From: Atractiella rhizophila
Lineage: Eukaryota
Direction: 5' to 3'
NCBI GenBank assembly: GCA_021432655.1
Contig: MU271264.1
Span: forward strand, 1-64,000
DNA: 64,000 nucleotides
A program made the position numbers and the translations under genes. A model generated the notes under the pieces. It ran no database searches, was not told where the DNA came from, and worked only from the letters and a program-made list of their open reading frames with translations. This document shows positions 61,639-64,000 of the stretch, one piece after another; positions within the stretch are counted from its first letter, which is position 1; the number at the start of each line of letters is the position of its first letter.

Positions 61639-63644
61639 CTACAAACTCTCCTTGTCATCGTCCAGCCGCACGGCGTCCCTCCCATCCCTGAAATCATCGA
61701 ACCGAACTTCTCTCGGAGCAGGAGCAGTGGACGGTCGAGTGGAGAGTCGACGAGCAGAAATGGGGTTCGAAGGTGTGCTAGGTGAACGGGGCGAACTGAT
61801 AGATCTCGAGCGCGATAAGGAGGGGAAGAATCCCCGTTGCTCTGTAGAAGTAGTAGGAGTGGGAGCCGGAGCAGGGGAAGAAGCCGGACGAGGTGCGAGG
61901 TCTCTTCCCCCCTTCTCCTTCCCAGGACTCTTTAACCGCGACGCTGGCGGAGAGCCAACACCGCGTCCCATTGTCATCTCCCTCAACTCGGCAATCGTGG
62001 GCAGCCTTCGCTCTGTCAGCTCCGTCCCTTCCTTGTCCTCTGATAGTGATGCCTCCGGTCCTTTCGTGGTGCGGATGGAATGGGACGAGAGGGTTTGGGA
62101 GGACTTCACTCGCCCGTTAGAAAGAGTCGTGTGGGCTGGAAGGAGGGAGGAGAAGGAAGAGGAGTTCGTCCTCATCCCGTCTTGGGAAAACCTGGTTTAA
62201 CTTCAGGTCAACTAGCTGATTATTTTTGAAGGAGGGGAGAGGCGGACCGTTGATTTGTGTCATGGGTGGACACCGCTTCTGAGTCTAAGATGTTCTGTGA
62301 GGATTTGGGAGTGCTCGATCGTGGGTTGGATAGGATCATAAGGAAGGAGAGGGTGTATATGTTCGATAGTATTATCAAGGGTATCTATTCATCGTTCAGC
62401 TCCCATCGGTCTGCTCGCTTAGGGAGGTAATGTGAGAGAGAATACCAACCTCGCTCCATTGATCGAACGGTGTCCCATTTGCCTTCTCAATCACGAAGGC
62501 GAGAAACGCCCAGAGCTGTATTGTGGTTGCGAGTAAACCAGAAGTGACGACGAGAAACAAGAGGCGATTGACGATGAGCTGGGCATTGTTGAGCGTAGAG
62601 TGGGGTAGCAAGGATTGTTTCGTGCTCCTCAGCTCGGCGATAAGGAATGTCATCAAAGTGGTGTCTTCGAAGAGGCAGCATGAGTTTGCAGTTGAAAGGA
62701 TGGAAGGAGGGACCGACCGATAAGGAATGAAGCCAACAACCAGACGTAGCTTACTATCTTGCCCAATTCCGTACCGAAACCATTGATCTGCGACGAAACC
62801 AAATTCTCAGCATCCATACTGCCCAAAAAGATCGGTCAAGACTCACAACCGAGTCCATGGCTGCCACCATACCCACACCGTTCGATCCTATGACGACGAA
62901 AGCGCCTCCGAAGATGAGAGCGAGTGAGTATCCTCGTCGCATGTTGACAAACCTACAAGTACAAATCGATGTGGCATCAGACACAGGTAAGGGTACGAAA
63001 GATGGGTCGGCGCACCTGCTAAACTGCCACGCCCTGTATAAGAGGAACAGTTGGCTCTGCGTCTGTAAGCAGTGTGCGATGAAGATGCTCGTCGGGATTT
63101 CGACACGACCAGCGACGGCGAAGTAGTCCCGATCTGTTCAACATCTCTTAACATGAAGATCTTCATAAAATCCAGCAGCTGCTCACCTCCCCAATGTATA
63201 GCAAGAGCCTGGCATTGTAAGATGAGTGCCTAAATCAAGACGTAGAAAGGAAAACTTACATTCGCCTCGTAAATGATCTGAGCCACGTTCTGCGCCCCTT
63301 GAAGCACCACAACGAAGGTGACCCATAACCTGATTTTCCAAAACCTAGATTCAGGGAAGAGCGTGAAGTAGTTCCTTGCCACGGTCAAGAGGATGCCATA
63401 AACTGTCCCCTTCTCTCATCAGTTCCTTCCTTCTCAAATATCTCAAATCCGCTGTCACATCCACCAGGTAGCTTGAAAACCCACGTATGCAAGCAAGAAA
63501 CTCCCCCAGCAAAGGGGGTAAGAAGAAGTCCAGCTAGCTCATACTTTCAGCAGGGACGACACGACAATGGAACGTTTGACACACTGGAGAAAATCGTTGT
63601 TGTGGACCAGGTTCTGTCTCATTTGCTTGTCTTGGCAGCAACAT
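61639..63644 (-). CDS. Multi-pass integral membrane protein (DUF6534-like, basidiomycete 7TM-type)
   Basis: Spliced hydrophobic exons: LLLTPLLGEFLACI, LTVARNYFTLFP.SRFWKIRLWVTFVVVL, DTTLMTFLIAELR...LIVNRLLFLVVTSGLLATTIQL and IPLIILSNIYTLSFLMIL; Ser/Pro-rich cytoplasmic tail. Confidence 0.7.
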
Positions 63645-64000
63645 CCTCCTCGAGAGTCGCCACCAGGGGGAGGGGGTCCAAAAGCAGGCGAGCGCAGATT
63701 TATAGCTTATGGAATCCACCCGTCGCAAGGAGAACTCGAAGTTGAATGTCGGAAGCGTTAATTAACACGTCGAACAAAACAGCGAGCAAACGCCAGCCGA
63801 CTCTCTCCAACAGGAATGCTCAACTTGGGTCAGCGGCGATTTATGAAACTTGGCTCATACAAAGGCCGATGAGGCAGGACGACCGACGCTGCGACACATC
63901 GTGATCATGAGCATGAATGTGGCTCAAGAGACAGCTGGAGCCTGACGTCCATAAACTGCAACACGGATAATAGAAGCTAGTATCAAGTCATTCATGGAGC

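Noticed and set aside
1..64000. CRISPR arrays, rRNA, intact transposons, secondary-metabolite backbone genes
   Set aside because: No regularly spaced repeats, rRNA signatures, transposase/RT/integrase motifs or PKS/NRPS/terpene synthase domains were seen.

Overview
Intron-dense fungal nuclear DNA. The many 40-90 nt GT-AG introns and the gene families point to a basidiomycete; the species cannot be called from sequence alone. In order, the window holds tRNA-Ser(AGA), RPL34, a GH71 alpha-1,3-glucanase, an RNF216-like RBR E3 ligase, pantothenate synthetase, a MOSC/mARC-like protein, a Pho85-type cyclin, ubiquilin/DSK2 and ILV3. Four paralogous SDRs (one a pseudogene) surround homogentisate dioxygenase and an unknown membrane protein. 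These are followed by a large disordered Ser/Pro-rich protein, a bZIP factor, a single-pass membrane protein, an NmrA-like protein, a Zn2Cys6 factor, a BTB-like protein, an F-box/LRR-like protein, a long coiled-coil protein and a DUF6534-like membrane protein. The most striking unexplained pattern is that six unrelated genes each have one very long FIRST intron (579-1074 nt), while most other introns are about 50 nt. In five of the six, a short segment 18-30 nt after the donor is complementary to a segment 55-115 nt before the acceptor, suggesting RNA pairing that shortens the effective intron. Three tandem duplications (108, 807 and ~1035 bp) and two T-depleted garbled tracts look at least partly like heterozygous-assembly or low-quality-read artefacts. 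Exon models were assembled by eye and need RNA-seq confirmation.
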